A stretch of DNA of 64,000 nt, taken from positions 839,805-903,804 of the forward strand of contig NC_057756.1 in the NCBI RefSeq assembly GCF_004010195.1, given 5' to 3'. Shown one piece after another: positions 1-12,747 of this stretch. The notes beneath the pieces were generated by a model that was given only the letters and a program-made list of their open reading frames with translations, searched no databases and was not told the origin of the DNA. The position numbers and the translations under genes are program-made. Each line of letters opens with the position of its first letter. Positions within the stretch are counted from its first letter, which is position 1. Source of the DNA: Chiloscyllium plagiosum. Lineage: Eukaryota.

Positions 1-1106
1 AAAGACATGCATTTTTGTTTTGTAGGAAATAGTTCTTTACTAGAATTGCTGTCAAGATTGTGAGATGTCAAAAAGTAACATTGAAACGTTTAATAGAACA
101 ACTAAAACAAAACAAAGAAGGAAATAACAAATGTTTGATCAGAAACAAAAAAAGTCACTGTTGAGATTAGCTTGAGCAATAGTATTGAATAATATGTGTG
201 GCTCGATAGGCTGAGGTATGATCCTTATGACTGTCATTAATCTACATTTCATCAGCTCAACTTCATTGCTTCATGTAGTTGCTTATCTTCATAAAATGCG
301 TATCTGAATTAGTTTCATGATGTTGGTAACTTGGCTTAAATGTTCAGGAAGGTGGCCTTTATTTTTCTTAAAACAAGTCTAAGCCAGCAACAAAAGATTA
401 TTTTGTCAGCAATACATGCACTCCATAAATGAATGACTAAGAATAACAGAAACACCTGAGAAATCTCATCGACTCCTGAAAATTTCACTAGCTTTCATGT
501 TTTACATTCTCATTCACAATTTACTGAATCTCCAGTTTTATTGAGCTAGTAATCATTTCATGCATGTACATAAAGAACAATTAAGGTCGGATGTTTTTTC
601 CACTCGTTGATAATCACATTGTAGAAGTAGTGTCATCTTCTTTTTATTGTGGCATTAGCAGGTTAACGACAAATCAGCAGTTGTCTTTAAGTTTCCAACG
701 ATATTTAATTTCATGATGTCCAAAGCAATGAAGTATAACTGTCATGTTCACAGCTCCAGATAATCCTAGGATTACTGTATGTGATGAGCTTAGATATCTT
801 GCTGGAATGTTGAAATGCCGTGATGCTAATATTACTAACGCAGTGAGTTTGAAGCAAACGCCCTAAGCTTAACTGTCACTTTGTGTCTGGATAGTAGATG
901 ATATAAATAGCAGACAATAACATTAATTCTAAACGTTCGTCTTAAGAAGTGTTGCTTGGGCTCTTTCTCAAAGTGTTTCACATTCTGAATGCGTTGTAAA
1001 TTAATGCTAATATGCATGTTTTGTTAGAACAATAGGACAAGGTTTGTGCTCTTCTCAAACTCTGTTACACGCTATTAAATTTTGTTACTTTCAATTCTGA
1101 TTGCAG

Positions 1107-1121
1107 AAGAAGCTAAAAAGG
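1107..1121 (+). CDS. Micro-exon 1 (15 nt, phase 1-1) of unnamed coiled-coil gene: (E)EAKK
   Basis: ttactttcaattctgattgcag|AAGAAGCTAAAAAGG|gtaagt: pyrimidine tract, AG and a perfect donor. Same size and similar sequence to the 15-nt exon at 44876. Confidence 0.75.
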
Positions 1122-1315
1122 GTAAGTGTATGTCTGCTGTGTAGTTTCTGCACGTAAGTTAAGGTAAGAATTCAAGTTGAAATTGTAAAATGCAAAAAAT
1201 TACAGTGTATTCTAACTGTTATTTCTTATGAAGTTGTAAATTGTTTCTCCAGTAACAGTTCCGAATTCTTTGTAATTGCAATTCTTTGGTGACTCAGAAT
1301 TGTTCATCAAGCACT

Positions 1316-1364
1316 ATTCCACATAACAACCAAATCCTAAATTCCACATAACAACCAAATCCTA
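1316..1364. repeat. Exact tandem duplication of 24 bp (attccacataacaaccaaatccta, period 25)
   Basis: Read directly at 1316-1339 and 1341-1364. Confidence 0.95.
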
Positions 1365-1809
1365 TTTCTTGAATTGAAGTGTTGTGCCTATTGTATGGTT
1401 AGTGATATTTCATCATTTCACTGCATTTTATTGAACATTCGACTGATCTATACAATAATGGAATATTTGAAGAATGCATGTGCCATGTCATGCGTTCATG
1501 TGGTGGCAACAACTGCAAATGAAAAAAAAACAACTCATGTTATACCAGTTCAGAATTAGATTGAGTCAGTTAGGTTCACATGCTTAGAGATGCACATTGC
1601 CTTGAGATACTTCACCACTGCTGACTAATTTATTATCGACAACGCTACTCAGTTTTGAAGCTGATGATTACAGGCTCAATCGTACACAAGCAACATAAAC
1701 AGGGAGCTATGTATTAGTCGAGTTGCCATTGGAATTCAGAAAAAAAAGATTGACTGGACTGTATGTGTCAAGTTTGTCTGGAGAAAATAAATCATTCGGG
1801 CTGCACTTG

Positions 1810-2106
1810 GTCGGCGTGGTGGCTGAGTGGTTAGCACTTCTCCAACACATATGCAAGGGATCTGAGTTTTATTCCACGCTTAGGCGATTGCTCAACTATG
1901 GTTTCCACTTTCTGCCTATGTCTGCGTGGGTTTGTGTCGGGTCATGTGGTTTGCTTCCACTGTTCAAAGGTGTGCAGCGGAAATGAATTAGCTAGAGATT
2001 TTCAGGGTAAGTATATTGTTCATTGTAAGTACTGTGGCGGGGTAAATGTTCTTTCAAAGGTACTTGAAGTTTCAATGGGACGTATGGCCTCAGCATGTTG
2101 TAGCGA
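1810..2106 (+). mobile_element. Degenerate HE1-like tRNA-derived SINE
   Basis: A-box-like head ggcgtggtggctgagtggttagcact and central tgtctgcgtgggttt...ccactgttcaaaggtgtgcag, similar to the copy at 16794. Confidence 0.75.
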
Positions 2107-2149
2107 TGGTACACAGACATATAAATATGCAAACTCTTTGACTGACCAG

Positions 2150-2538
2150 TGAAAATTGGCTTGCCGTGAACAGTAATAATCTTCTTGTTAGCGCATATCG
2201 GAAATATCCGGTCAAACAGTGGGTGATCAACAAAATGTATGCCGAGGTTGATTGGGTTGTGAAAAAGGTGTATAGCAAGTTTACTGTTATTGGTAGAGGA
2301 TTGAATTTCGGAGCCAGGAGATCATGTTGCAGCTGTACAAAACTCTGCTGCGGCAGCACCTGGAGTATTCTGTACAGTTCTGTTCACTGCATTACATAAA
2401 TGATGTGGAAATTTTGGAAAGGGTTCAAAGACGATTTACTTGCGTGTTGCCTTGTATGAAGGGAATATCTCATGGGGAAAGACTGAGAGACTTGAGGCTG
2501 TTTTCATTAGAGAGAAGAGGGTTGGGAGGTGGCTTAAT
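2150..2538 (+). mobile_element. CR1 LINE ORF2 C-terminal fragment (left part of a split host copy)
   Basis: ORF 2324-2557 LQLYKTLLRQHLEYSVQF...ERVQRRFT...LRLFSLERRGLGGGLI is a typical CR1 post-RT region. Confidence 0.85.
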
Positions 2539-4007
2539 CATCAATAGTCAGAAGTGAGATGCCAGAAGACTGAAGATTGGCTAACGTGGTACCATTATTT
2601 AAGAAAGGTGATAAGGACAAGCCAGGGAACTACAGACCAGTGAGCCTGATGTCAGTGGTGGGCAGGTGGTTGGAGGGAATCTTGAAGGACAGGATTTACA
2701 CATACTTGAAAAGGCAAAGATTGATTAAGGATAGTGAACATGACTTTGTGCCTGGGAAATCATGTCTCACGAACTTGATTGATTTTTTTTTTGAAAAGCT
2801 AACGAAGTAGTTTGATGAGGGCAGAGCAGTGGACATAATCTATATGGACTTCAGTAAGACATTCAACAAGATTCCCCATGCGAGATTGGTTACCAAGGTT
2901 AGATCTTATGGAATACATGGAGAATTAGCTCTGTATTTGGATACTGAACTGGCTCGAAGGTAGAAGACAGAGGGTGGTGGTGGAGGGTTGTTTGCCGTAC
3001 TGGAGACCTGTGACCAGTGGTGTGTCAGGGAACGATGCTGGGTCTACTACTATTCATCATTTATATAATTGATTTGGATATGAACATAGGTGGTATCATT
3101 AGTAAAAGTTTGCAGATGACACTAAATTTGGAAGTTAGTGGACAATTACCTCAGATTTCAATGGGAAATTGATCAGATAGACCAATGGACTAAGGAGTGT
3201 CAGATGGAATTTAATCTAGATAAACAGGAGGTGCTGCATTTTGGGAAAGAACATCTTAGCAGTACTTATACACTTAATGGTAAGGTCCTGTAGAGTGTTG
3301 CTGAACAAAGAGATCTCGGAATGCAGGCCCCAACTCCTTGAAAGTAGAGTAACAGGTAGATAGAATAGTGATGAAGACATTTGGTATGCTACCTTTATTG
3401 GTCACTGCATTGAGTATCAGAGTTGGCAGATCATGATGCGGCTATACAGGTCGTTGTTTCGTCCAGTTTTGGAATACTGTATGTAATTCTGGTTTCCTTC
3501 CTACTGGAAGGATGTTGTGAAACTTGTAACAGTTCAGAAAAGATTTACAAGGATGTTGCCGGGGTTAGAGGGAGAGGCTGAATAGGCTGGGACTGTTTTC
3601 CCTGGAGTATCAAAGGCTGAGGAGTGACCTCATATAGGTTTATAAAATCATGAGGTGCATGGATAGCATAAATAGAGTAGGTCTTTTCCCTAGGGCGGGG
3701 GAGTCCAGAACTAGAGGGCATTGGTTTTGGGTGAGAGCAGAAAGATAAAAAAAGGGAGCTGAGGGGCAACCTTTTCACATAGAGAGTGGTGCATGTACAG
3801 AATGAGTTGTCAAAGGAACTGTTGGAGGCTGGTACAACTGCAACATTTAAAATACATCTGGTTAGGGTATATGAATAGGAAGGATTTGGAGGGATATAGG
3901 CCAAGTGCTGGCAAATGGGACTAGATCAGGTTGGGATGTCTGTTTGGCATGGACTAGTTGGACCGACGGGTCTGTTTCCGTGCTATGCATCTCTATGACT
4001 CTATGAC
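2539..4007 (+). mobile_element. 5'-truncated CR1 LINE (RT to 3' tail) nested inside another CR1
   Basis: ANVVPLFKKGDKDKPGNYRPVSL...GKSCLTNLIDFFEKLT, FADD-coding sequence near 3110, and a 3' tail ctctatgactctatgac. Confidence 0.9.
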
Positions 4008-4009
4008 AG

Positions 4010-4340
4010 TAATTGAGATATATAAGCTAATGAGCGGGTGAGATAGGGTGGAACCCTTTTCCTCGGATGGTGATGACTAGCTCGAAGAGACGTAGCTTTA
4101 AATTGAGGGGTGATAGACATAGGGCAGATGTCAGAGGTAGTATTTTTTTACTCAGAATGTGGAACACCCTGCCTGCACCAGTAGTAGATTCACCAACTTT
4201 AAAGACAGTTATATGGTTATTGCATAAACATATGGATGAAAATGGAAGAGTATTGGATAGACAGGTTTCAGATTGGTTCAGCAGGTCGGAGCAGCATCGA
4301 GTGCCAAAGGACCTGTACTGCACTCTAATGTTCTACGTCA
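4010..4340 (+). mobile_element. CR1 3' end (right part of the host copy split at 2538)
   Basis: Resumes with taattgagatatataag (LIEIYK), then ...RMWNTLPAPVV..., and ends in an atgttcta-type tail. Confidence 0.8.
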
Positions 4341-6273
4341 ACTTGGCATTAACCCAGGTCAGTTGTGTTAAGATAGAGACGATTTGTTTTTTTTCCATAA
4401 ATTTGAAAATTTAAATGTAGCAAATGTGATCAGGGCATAACATATTTTGCAGGATATTGACACGAAGTGTTAGCCAATTGCAGATGTGTTTGTTATGGAG
4501 ATAAGGAAATACTATCTAAAACATGAAAGATTATCTGTTCTGGCACGTGTGGTACCACTGCAGATGAAAAATAAAGGAAAGGTATAAGATCAAAGACCAG
4601 TCCTCCAGTCAAAACAGAATCTGGAAATTGTTTCTCTTTAAATTGCCATTACATTGTGATGACAAACAAATGCCTATGACTTATTAGCGCAACTTCAAGT
4701 TGAAATAATTAAAATGTCAACTGAACCTCTGAGGCAATGCTATGTCAGCAAAATGTCAAACAGACTGATTTTTTCCAGGAAGACTATGAAATGTCATTCA
4801 ATGCTCTTTTGTTTCAATGAGAAACTTTTCCTGACAGATTGCAATGGTATATTTAACTAGATGGTGAAATCATAGAGCTGAGTATACGGCTTACAGAATG
4901 TTATTTTGCTGCTAACTGCACCATGACAATTTATCGTGGTTTACAGGGTAAAAGACAATGGGCTACTTTCATGTTTAGAAAAGATATTACCTAACTTGCC
5001 TTTAAGCTCTCCTTCCTTTATGTGCATGTTGAATAATCCAATAAAAGTTCTTATGAATTACTGTCTACTACATTTTTTTTCTTCATTTCTGGCTGTAAAT
5101 GTGGGGATTCGAGAAAGTCTACATGCTTTAATATTGGTGTGAAGATGTATAGCTTTAATGTCGACATTAATTTAAGTATAGCAATTGAATTCGCATATTT
5201 AGGCTTGGGAAATAACCAACTGCTTAGTATTTTCAATATAATCTTCAACATCTGCAAATTTGTAATCCATACCAATCAATCTGGAAGAGAATTCCAAACA
5301 GTGTGTTTTCAATGCTGTACAATTATCCTTTTACATTTCTCCTTCTGAGTCTTTCTACATGTTAAACACATTTTTGTTATGGCTAACTGCATGTACCAAA
5401 TTTATAACAGTTTCTGATTGGCTTCTTTAATGTCCAGCTCACCAGTTTCTTACCGAGAATTCAAATCGTAAAACAAAAACCCTGTCTAAAATGGAAGCAA
5501 GCAGTAAAAAAAAAAGTATGGCTAATTGCAGCTCTTTCACAATCGGTAACTAATCACTTATCAGCATTGTAATGGTTGAATTCTTAAAAACACTAACTGT
5601 TGTGGATCTGTTATGTTCCAAGCAACTGAAAAGAGTTCTTAGCATGTGTAGCTCACATAAATTCCAACAATAGCTTCAACTTTATGATAGAACAAAACTC
5701 TTGTAGAACATTTTAATTGCTATTGTATGGCTCCTTTCTCATCCCTAATGGCCACATGACTTTAAGTTGCATTATTCAAAAACATTAAGTTCAAATTTGC
5801 ACTCATATGCTTAAATTCCTCTTAGCAAGTTATATCCTACAGCAATTATTGGTTGCACCTTTTTCTGATGATTCATGTCCACCTCCTATCAAGTGTTCCT
5901 TTATCATATGCTCAAATGCATTGTAACCTTTTAGATGTACTATTGCTGAGAAACGGCTGATTGCCAAATATGTCATTGCAAGTTACTATTTTTCTTCTCG
6001 TGTCTTTAGGTACCATGTTATTCACATTGATCTTGACAACATTCTGTATTACTTCATAGGAAACAACGATCACTTTGCACAAAGTATGATTGCTGTTACT
6101 TAATTTGCACTTGTACAACTGATCGTTGTTTTATTGCTTTTCTTCCCTTAAATCTTTCATTCACGTGACTGAACTGAATGCTATTTCATTGGACAGTTTA
6201 CTCTGACAATCGTCTATGAATAGGGCGGAGTGATTTGATTTTCTGGTTGTCTTGCATCATCCCTCTATTTAAG

Positions 6274-6300
6274 AGCTTGAACTACAGAACGACAAAAAAG
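6274..6300 (+). CDS. Candidate micro-exon (27 nt, phase 1-1): ELELQNDKK; non-canonical GC donor
   Basis: catccctctatttaag|AGCTTGAACTACAGAACGACAAAAAAG|gcatta. Size, phase, position after a 15-nt exon and the ELE start match exon 46141, but the AAG acceptor and GC donor are weak. Confidence 0.35.
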
Positions 6301-6629
6301 GCATTATGCTGATGCCAATGAAGAAAGCAGCTGTCCATTCCAATCAGAAATTCGCACAACAGATTTGCATTCTTGTAAGATAAAGCAATTCAGCTGCATA
6401 TCAGTTTCGTTTTTAAAGCAGTTTCAATTCCTCATGCAAAAATATAAACTGAGCATTGGACGCCATTTTCCCACAATCATCTGGGAATAATATTTCCTCA
6501 GACTTCCTGTAATCAGTCAAGCAATTACAATCAGTTACACTAAACGGACAGAGTGTATTGACAGGTTTAGCAATCAAACTTCAAGTACACTAGACATATG
6601 AATGACAAGGAGAAGAGGGACAATTACTG

Positions 6630-9147
6630 TAGGACTGGAAGCGTTATATCTGAACACAGTATAAGGAATAAGTTAAATGAGCTTGTGGCACAGATCAAAA
6701 TTGACGTGGTGGGATCACAGAGACGTCGTAGCAGGGGGCTTAGGATTGGGATCTGAATAATCAAGGATGTACATCCTTTTGAAAAGATAGGCAAGTGGGA
6801 AGAAGGGTTGGGTTTGCTACATTAATAAGCAATAAAATTAAATCAATAGTAAAAAATAAACTAGGGTCAGATGGTATAGAATCTGTGTGGGTAAAATTGA
6901 GGGAAGGAAAAAGTAAAACAACATTGGAGTTACGTACAGGTATTCAAATAATAGTCAGGAGCTGGGATGCAAGATACAAGAGGACGTAGAGAAGATGTAA
7001 AGGGAAGTTAAAGATGCAGTGATCTTGGGGGATTTAAAAGTGCAAGTGGACTGAGAAAATCAGATTGGTAGTGGATTGCAGGAAAAGGAATTCGTGGAGT
7101 GTCTTCGAGATGGCTTTCTGGAGCATTTTGTGGTGGACTACACTAGGGAACAGGCAATACTGGATTTAGTGTTGTGCAATGAGGCAGACTTGCCAAGGGA
7201 CTTTAAGGTGAAGGAACCCGTAGGAGGCAGTGATCATCATATGATTGAACTTGCTCTGCAATTTGAGAGCGAGATGATAAAATCAGAGGTAATGGCATTA
7301 CAGCTGAAAAAATGCAACTACAGAGGCATGTGGGGGCCCTGGATAGATTGACTGGGAGAGGAGCCCATCAGGAAAAACAATGGAACAGCAATGGCAGGTG
7401 TTACTGGGAACAATTCAGGAGGCACAGCAGGGATTCATCCGGATGAATAATAAGCATGGTAAAGGGAGGATGAGGCAACCATGGCTGACTTGGGTATCAG
7501 AGACAGCTCGAAAGCAAAAGAGACAATATATTTTGTGGCAAAGAGCAGTGGGAAGCCAGTGGATTGGGAATCTTACAAAGACCAACAGAAGGCAACAAAA
7601 ACACACACAAAGAGAGAGAAGATTAAAATGAGGTTATGCTAGCCAGTAAAAGACAGGAAGACTGTAAGAATTTCTTTCAAAAGCGAGGCAAAAATGGTCA
7701 TTAGGCCATTGGAGAATAACGCTGGAGAAATAGTAGTGGAGAACAAGGAAATGGCTGAGGAACTGAATAATTGATTCGCATCTGTCTTCACAGTGCAAGA
7801 CATGAGAAATATTGCAAAAATTCAAGAGTTTGAGGGGGAAGAACCAAATATGATGGCCATCACGAAGGGGACGTTGCTAGAAAATCTGGATGTACTGAAG
7901 GTGGATAATCTCCTGGACAAGATGGACTACACTCCAGAGTTCTAAGGAGATATCTGAAGGTATAGTGGAGGTTTTAGTGGTGATCTTGCAGGAATGGCCA
8001 TAATCATGGAGGGTCCCAGAGGACAGGAAAATCACTAATGGGTCAATCCTTTTTAAAAAGGGAGCGAGTCAAAAGACAAGAAATTACAGACCAATTAGCT
8101 TAACGTTCACAATGGGTAAGAACCTGGAATCATTTGTGAAGTATGAGATTTTTGAATACTTGTACGTGCATGTATGGTAAAATTGGGCAAAATCAGCATA
8201 GTTTCATTAATGGGAAGTCATGTGTGGCAAATCTGATAGAATTATTTGTGGAAGTAACGAGCAGATTATACCAAGGAGAGTCAAAGCATGTTATCTACCT
8301 GGACATCAAGAATGACTTGACAAGGTGCTGTACAGGAGGCTACTGAGTAATGTAGGTCCATGATGTCAGAGCAAGGGGCTAGCATAGATGGAAGCTTGGC
8401 TGTCTGGCAGAACGCAGAGAGTGGGGACAAAAGGTTCCTTCTCAGGGCAGCAGCTGATGACAAGTGATGTTCAGCAAGACTCATTGTTTAGAACGCAATT
8501 TTCATTTTAAAAGTAACCGTATAGGTGAAGGAACTGAGTGAATTCTGGTTACTTTTGCAGACGATGAAAAGATAAGGAGAGGACAGGTAGCATTAAGGAA
8601 GTTATGTGGCTGCAAAATAATTTGGACAGGTTAGAAAAGTAGACGAAGAAGGGGTAGATGGAGCACAATGCAGGTAACTATGAGGTCATGCAGTTTCGTA
8701 GGGAGAGTAGAGGCAAGGACTGTTTTCCAAATGGAGAGAAAATTCCGAATCCTGTAATTCAAAGAGACTTTGGATTTCGAGTTCTGGATTTTTCTCAAGG
8801 CAAACTTGCAGGTTGAGTCAGTCGTTAGGAAGGCAAATGCAATGATGATATTTGTTTTGAGAGGCCTTGAATACAAAAGCAAGGATATACTCTGGTCAGC
8901 CAACATTTGGAGTATTGTGCGCAGTCTTGGGACCATATCTCAAAAAGGATGCGTTGGCTCTGGAGTGTATTCAGAGGGCATTCACAAAAATGATCCTAGC
9001 AATGGAAAGATAACATATGAGAAATGTTTGAAAACTCTGGTTTTCTACCTGATGGAGTTTTGAAGGATGAGGGGAGATGTAATTGAAACATACAGAATAT
9101 GGAATGGCCTGAACAGCGTAGATTTTGGGAAGATGTTTCTATTTTCA
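6630..9147 (+). mobile_element. Decayed CR1 ORF2 (APE endonuclease through RT)
   Basis: Fragments SIRNKLNELVAQI, ESVWVKLR, TREQAILDLVLCN...GGSDHHMIE, QHSFINGKSCVANLIELF and VRKANAM, with many stops and frameshifts. Confidence 0.9.
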
Positions 9148-9149
9148 GC

Positions 9150-9335
9150 ATATGGTCCGGTTTCCTCCCAAAGTCTAAACGTTTGCAGGTTACGTGGGTT
9201 AACCATGTTCAATTTCTGCACAGTATGCTAAAATTTGCAACTTATTTAGATTAATCAGTTATGCCTCAAAGGGTCTGTGCAGACTCAGTAGGCAAAATGG
9301 CCTCCATATGTGTTGTAGGGATTCCATAATTCTAG
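9150..9335 (+). mobile_element. HE1-like SINE, 3' half
   Basis: tccggtttcctcccaaagtctaaacgtttgcaggtta...tgcagactcagtaggcaaaatggcctcc...tgtagggattcc. Confidence 0.7.
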
Positions 9336-10673
9336 GTCTAACCGTGTGTCACATGTTCAAGCTTTTCAGATTAAAGTATTCCAAGAATGTCGTTGTTCGA
9401 CGAGACTTTAAATTATTGGCACCTGACGAACATTTATGCCTACCCACTTATCATTTTCATCCTCTTACTTCAACATTCAATTTCACAGCAATCATAAAAA
9501 AGGGACAGATTGTCACCTTTGATGTATTGATTCATTATATTCCATCTTTTTCCATTTTTTTTTTCTCAGCGAAAACATTGCAAGCTGCTTCAATCTTTCT
9601 TACATTCGTGTTGGTAACGACTGCTGGCTCTTTGTTCTCCTCTCATTGAATCACATTGACTTCGTGACATCCGAACTCTTGCATGGAATGTATCATCTTG
9701 GATTGATGTTTCCGATTGCAGATACGTCTGGCTTTTCCAGGAATTCAAGATCCTACCGCATGTTTGGTTTGCACTTCTCGTATTGTTTGCCCAACATTTC
9801 AGGACGGTTTGAGGCCACAAAGCAATGGTCACTATTCTTCATGTTGATTGCAATTTAAGAAGCAGATACACAAAGGATTTTCCTGAATGATTTGCTTAAC
9901 TCCCATTGACTGTATGACTGTCACTTCTTCCAACACAGTATGCAGGGGAATAAACATCATCAAACTTCAACTGTGCGTGAAATTCTCAACATCACACCTC
10001 CAAGAAATATGAAGCGATTTCGAGCTGTAAAAAGTATTAGTTTATGGAACTTTAATTCCCTTTAAATTTAGTTCAAGTTCAAAGTTTGTTAGTTCAAGTT
10101 TCTTCTTCTTATGTCTCCTATTTCATTTATTGACAATTGTAGCATGTTTTAGGGTTATCATTCTTTTATGTCATATCCTTGGACATTCTTTATAGATTTC
10201 ATCACTATTTGCAACTTTCAAAGGAATTATCGAGTTAGATTTAGCTGATTGGTTATTAATTGCACAGGACTTATTAAGCAGTTCAATAATTTCAGCAAGT
10301 GGCATGCATGACGTTTTCTTCCATTGTATCTCACTGTTATATCACAGACTTTCACCTTTCTTTTTCTACAACCCAAATTTGTGTTGTTTATTTGTTCCTG
10401 CTGCCGTTTGTCGTGCTACTTTATAATGACTCTTTCTTTCTCAGACTCTGAGATTTACTTACCTGCCATAGCAAATTCTAGGCGTTCAGGCACTATTGTT
10501 CTAAAGTTCTCTGGCCAGCTGTGCTTTGCTGCTTGATCTCCAAGGATCATCAAAACACATTTCCTAGATTTAATGAACAGAGTTTGGAAGTCCACATAAT
10601 GGAGAATTAATAAAGCATACTGGGGGGTGTTGAATAGGAAGTACTGACATTGTGTCACCTTTTTATGTTTCAG

Positions 10674-10709
10674 AATTAAGTGACTGCCAAGATAAAGTAA
10701 AAGATCTAG
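10674..10709 (+). CDS. Micro-exon (36 nt, phase 1-1): ELSDCQDKVKDL
   Basis: Branch-like tactgac, then tgtcacctttttatgtttcag|AATTAAGTGACTGCCAAGATAAAGTAAAAGATCTAG|gtgggc. The donor is identical to that of exon 34018. Confidence 0.85.
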
Positions 10710-11139
10710 GTGGGCAATTACTTCGCATCCACAAGCAGATTTTCACGGACAAATACTATTCCAGCTCAACCCATTCCTAAGCAGATTCAACGATCATTCA
10801 GAAAATATAAAGCAATATTCAGTACTGAGTGATGAACATTGCTTTATATATGCGGTAGGTCTTTAAATTTCATTCGTAAACTGAAGTGATAACAGTGGCT
10901 AAGAAAACCTGAATATATTTTAAAAATCACCACGCGATCCTTGATGCTTAACTAATCGCTGTGGGCCAGCCACACATTGAGCACTTCGATGAATCTAATT
11001 TGAATCTTCATTGTCTAAAGAGAACTACCACAATTTATGGCAAATTATTATTAAGAATCGTAAGTTTCTCATGCCAGTGAATAGTTGCAGTTTGCAGTTT
11101 TTCCCATTGTCTAACAACCTCTGTTATTCATACACTAAT

Positions 11140-12600
11140 ATATTGAACATGCCGGAAATAGTCCTGAAAATGTGTGCTCAAGAACTTGCCGCTCCCCTAG
11201 CCAAGCTCTTTCAGTACATTTACAACACTGGCATCTACTGACAATGTGGAACATTGCCCAGGTATATCTGCACACAAAAGGCAGGACAAATCAAATTCAG
11301 CCAATTACCACCCAATCAGTCTACTATCCAGCATCAGTGAGTGATGGAAGGGATCATCAATAGTGCTATCAATTAGCACCTGCTCAGCAACAACTTGCTC
11401 AGTGACACCCAGATTGGGTTTCGCCAGAGTCACTCAGCTCCAGATCTCATGACAACCTTTGTTCAAAAATAGACAAAAGAGCTGAATTCCAGAAGTGAGG
11501 TGAAAGTGACAGCCCTTGATATCAAGGCAACATTTGACTGAGTAATGTATTAAGGAGTCCGGGCAAAACTGGAATCAATGGATATCAGGGGGGAAACACT
11601 CCACTGTTTAGAGTTATATCTGACACAAAGGAAAATGGTTGTGGTTTTGGAGGGTCAGTCATCTCAACTGCAGGACTGTAAGAGTTCATCAGGGTAGTGT
11701 CCTCGGCCCTGTAATCTTCAGCTGCTTCAGCAATGACCTAAGGTCAGAATTGGGGCTGTTTGCTTATATTGCACAGTGTTCAGCATCATTTGTCACTCCT
11801 CAGTTACTGAAATAGTTCATGATCAAGTGCAACAAGATCTGGACATTATCCACGCTTGGGCCGACAAATAGAAATAAACATTTGTGCCACAGAAATGCCA
11901 GACAATGATCTTCACAAATAAGAGGTACTCTAACAAAGCTCTTTGCATTCAATGTTGTTACCATCACTGAATCCCCCACTATCATCATCCTTGTGGTTAT
12001 CATTCACCAGAAACTCAACTGAATTCATCACATAAACACAATGGCTACAAGAGACTAGGGATACTGTCACGAGTAACTGACCTCCTAACACCACAAAATC
12101 TACCAACCATCTACAAAGCACAAGTCAGGAGTGTGATAGAATACTCTCCACTTGCCTGGATGGGTGCATCTCAATCAAAACTCAAGAGGCTTGACACCAT
12201 CCAAGACAAAGCAACCTGGTTGATTGGCTCCACATATAAAACATTCAATCCCTCCATCACCGGCGCTCACTATCTACTAGATTCACTGCAGAAATTCGCC
12301 AAAGATCCCAGATAGTACCTTCCAAACCCACGAACGCTTCCATCTAGAAGGGCAAGGGCAGCAGGTACTTCGGAACACCAAGCCACTCACGACATTTTCT
12401 TGAAAATATATCGCCGTTCCTTCATAGTCATTGGGTAAAAATCCTGGAATTCCCTTGTTACCAGCATTGTGGATCAACCCACAGCAAGTGGACTGCAGAA
12501 ATTCAAGAAGGAATCTCTCCACCATCTTCTCAAGGGCAAATAAGGACGGGTTATCAATGCTGGCCAACGAGAGACGCTTAAGTCTCACAAAAGAATTTTA
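11140..12600 (+). mobile_element. CR1/L2-group LINE (distinct subfamily): RT and 3' end, decayed
   Basis: VLKMCAQELAAPLAKLFQY, ALDIKATFD and IEYSPLAWMGASQSKLKRLDTIQDKA; 3' end ggactgcagaaattcaagaagg...cttctcaagggcaa. Confidence 0.85.
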
Positions 12601-12720
12601 AAGAATCATCTTTATAAGCACTATAATAACCACATGGAATTACATGGAGACTTCATCCTTTTAATAATACCCTTTACAATTTTATTTAAAAAAGATGCTT
12701 TGTCTATTCTATGTTCATAG

Positions 12721-12747
12721 AGTCAAAGATAAAAGAAAAACAGACAG
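12721..12747 (+). CDS. Micro-exon (27 nt, phase 1-1): ESKIKEKQT
   Basis: ctttgtctattctatgttcatag|AGTCAAAGATAAAAGAAAAACAGACAG|gttgtt. It keeps the heptad register between the 36-nt exons on either side. Confidence 0.8.

Noticed and set aside
6348-6374. 27-nt AG..GTAAGA segment (EIRTTDLHS)
   Set aside because: It ends in T, so joining to the next exon (AA..) makes TAA. It is also only 47 nt from the 6274 candidate.
10464-10563. Minus-strand exon-like segment ending CAG|gtaagt (similar case at 38552-38652)
   Set aside because: Weak acceptors, unrecognisable peptides and no chain of compatible exons; an antisense gene is not supportable.
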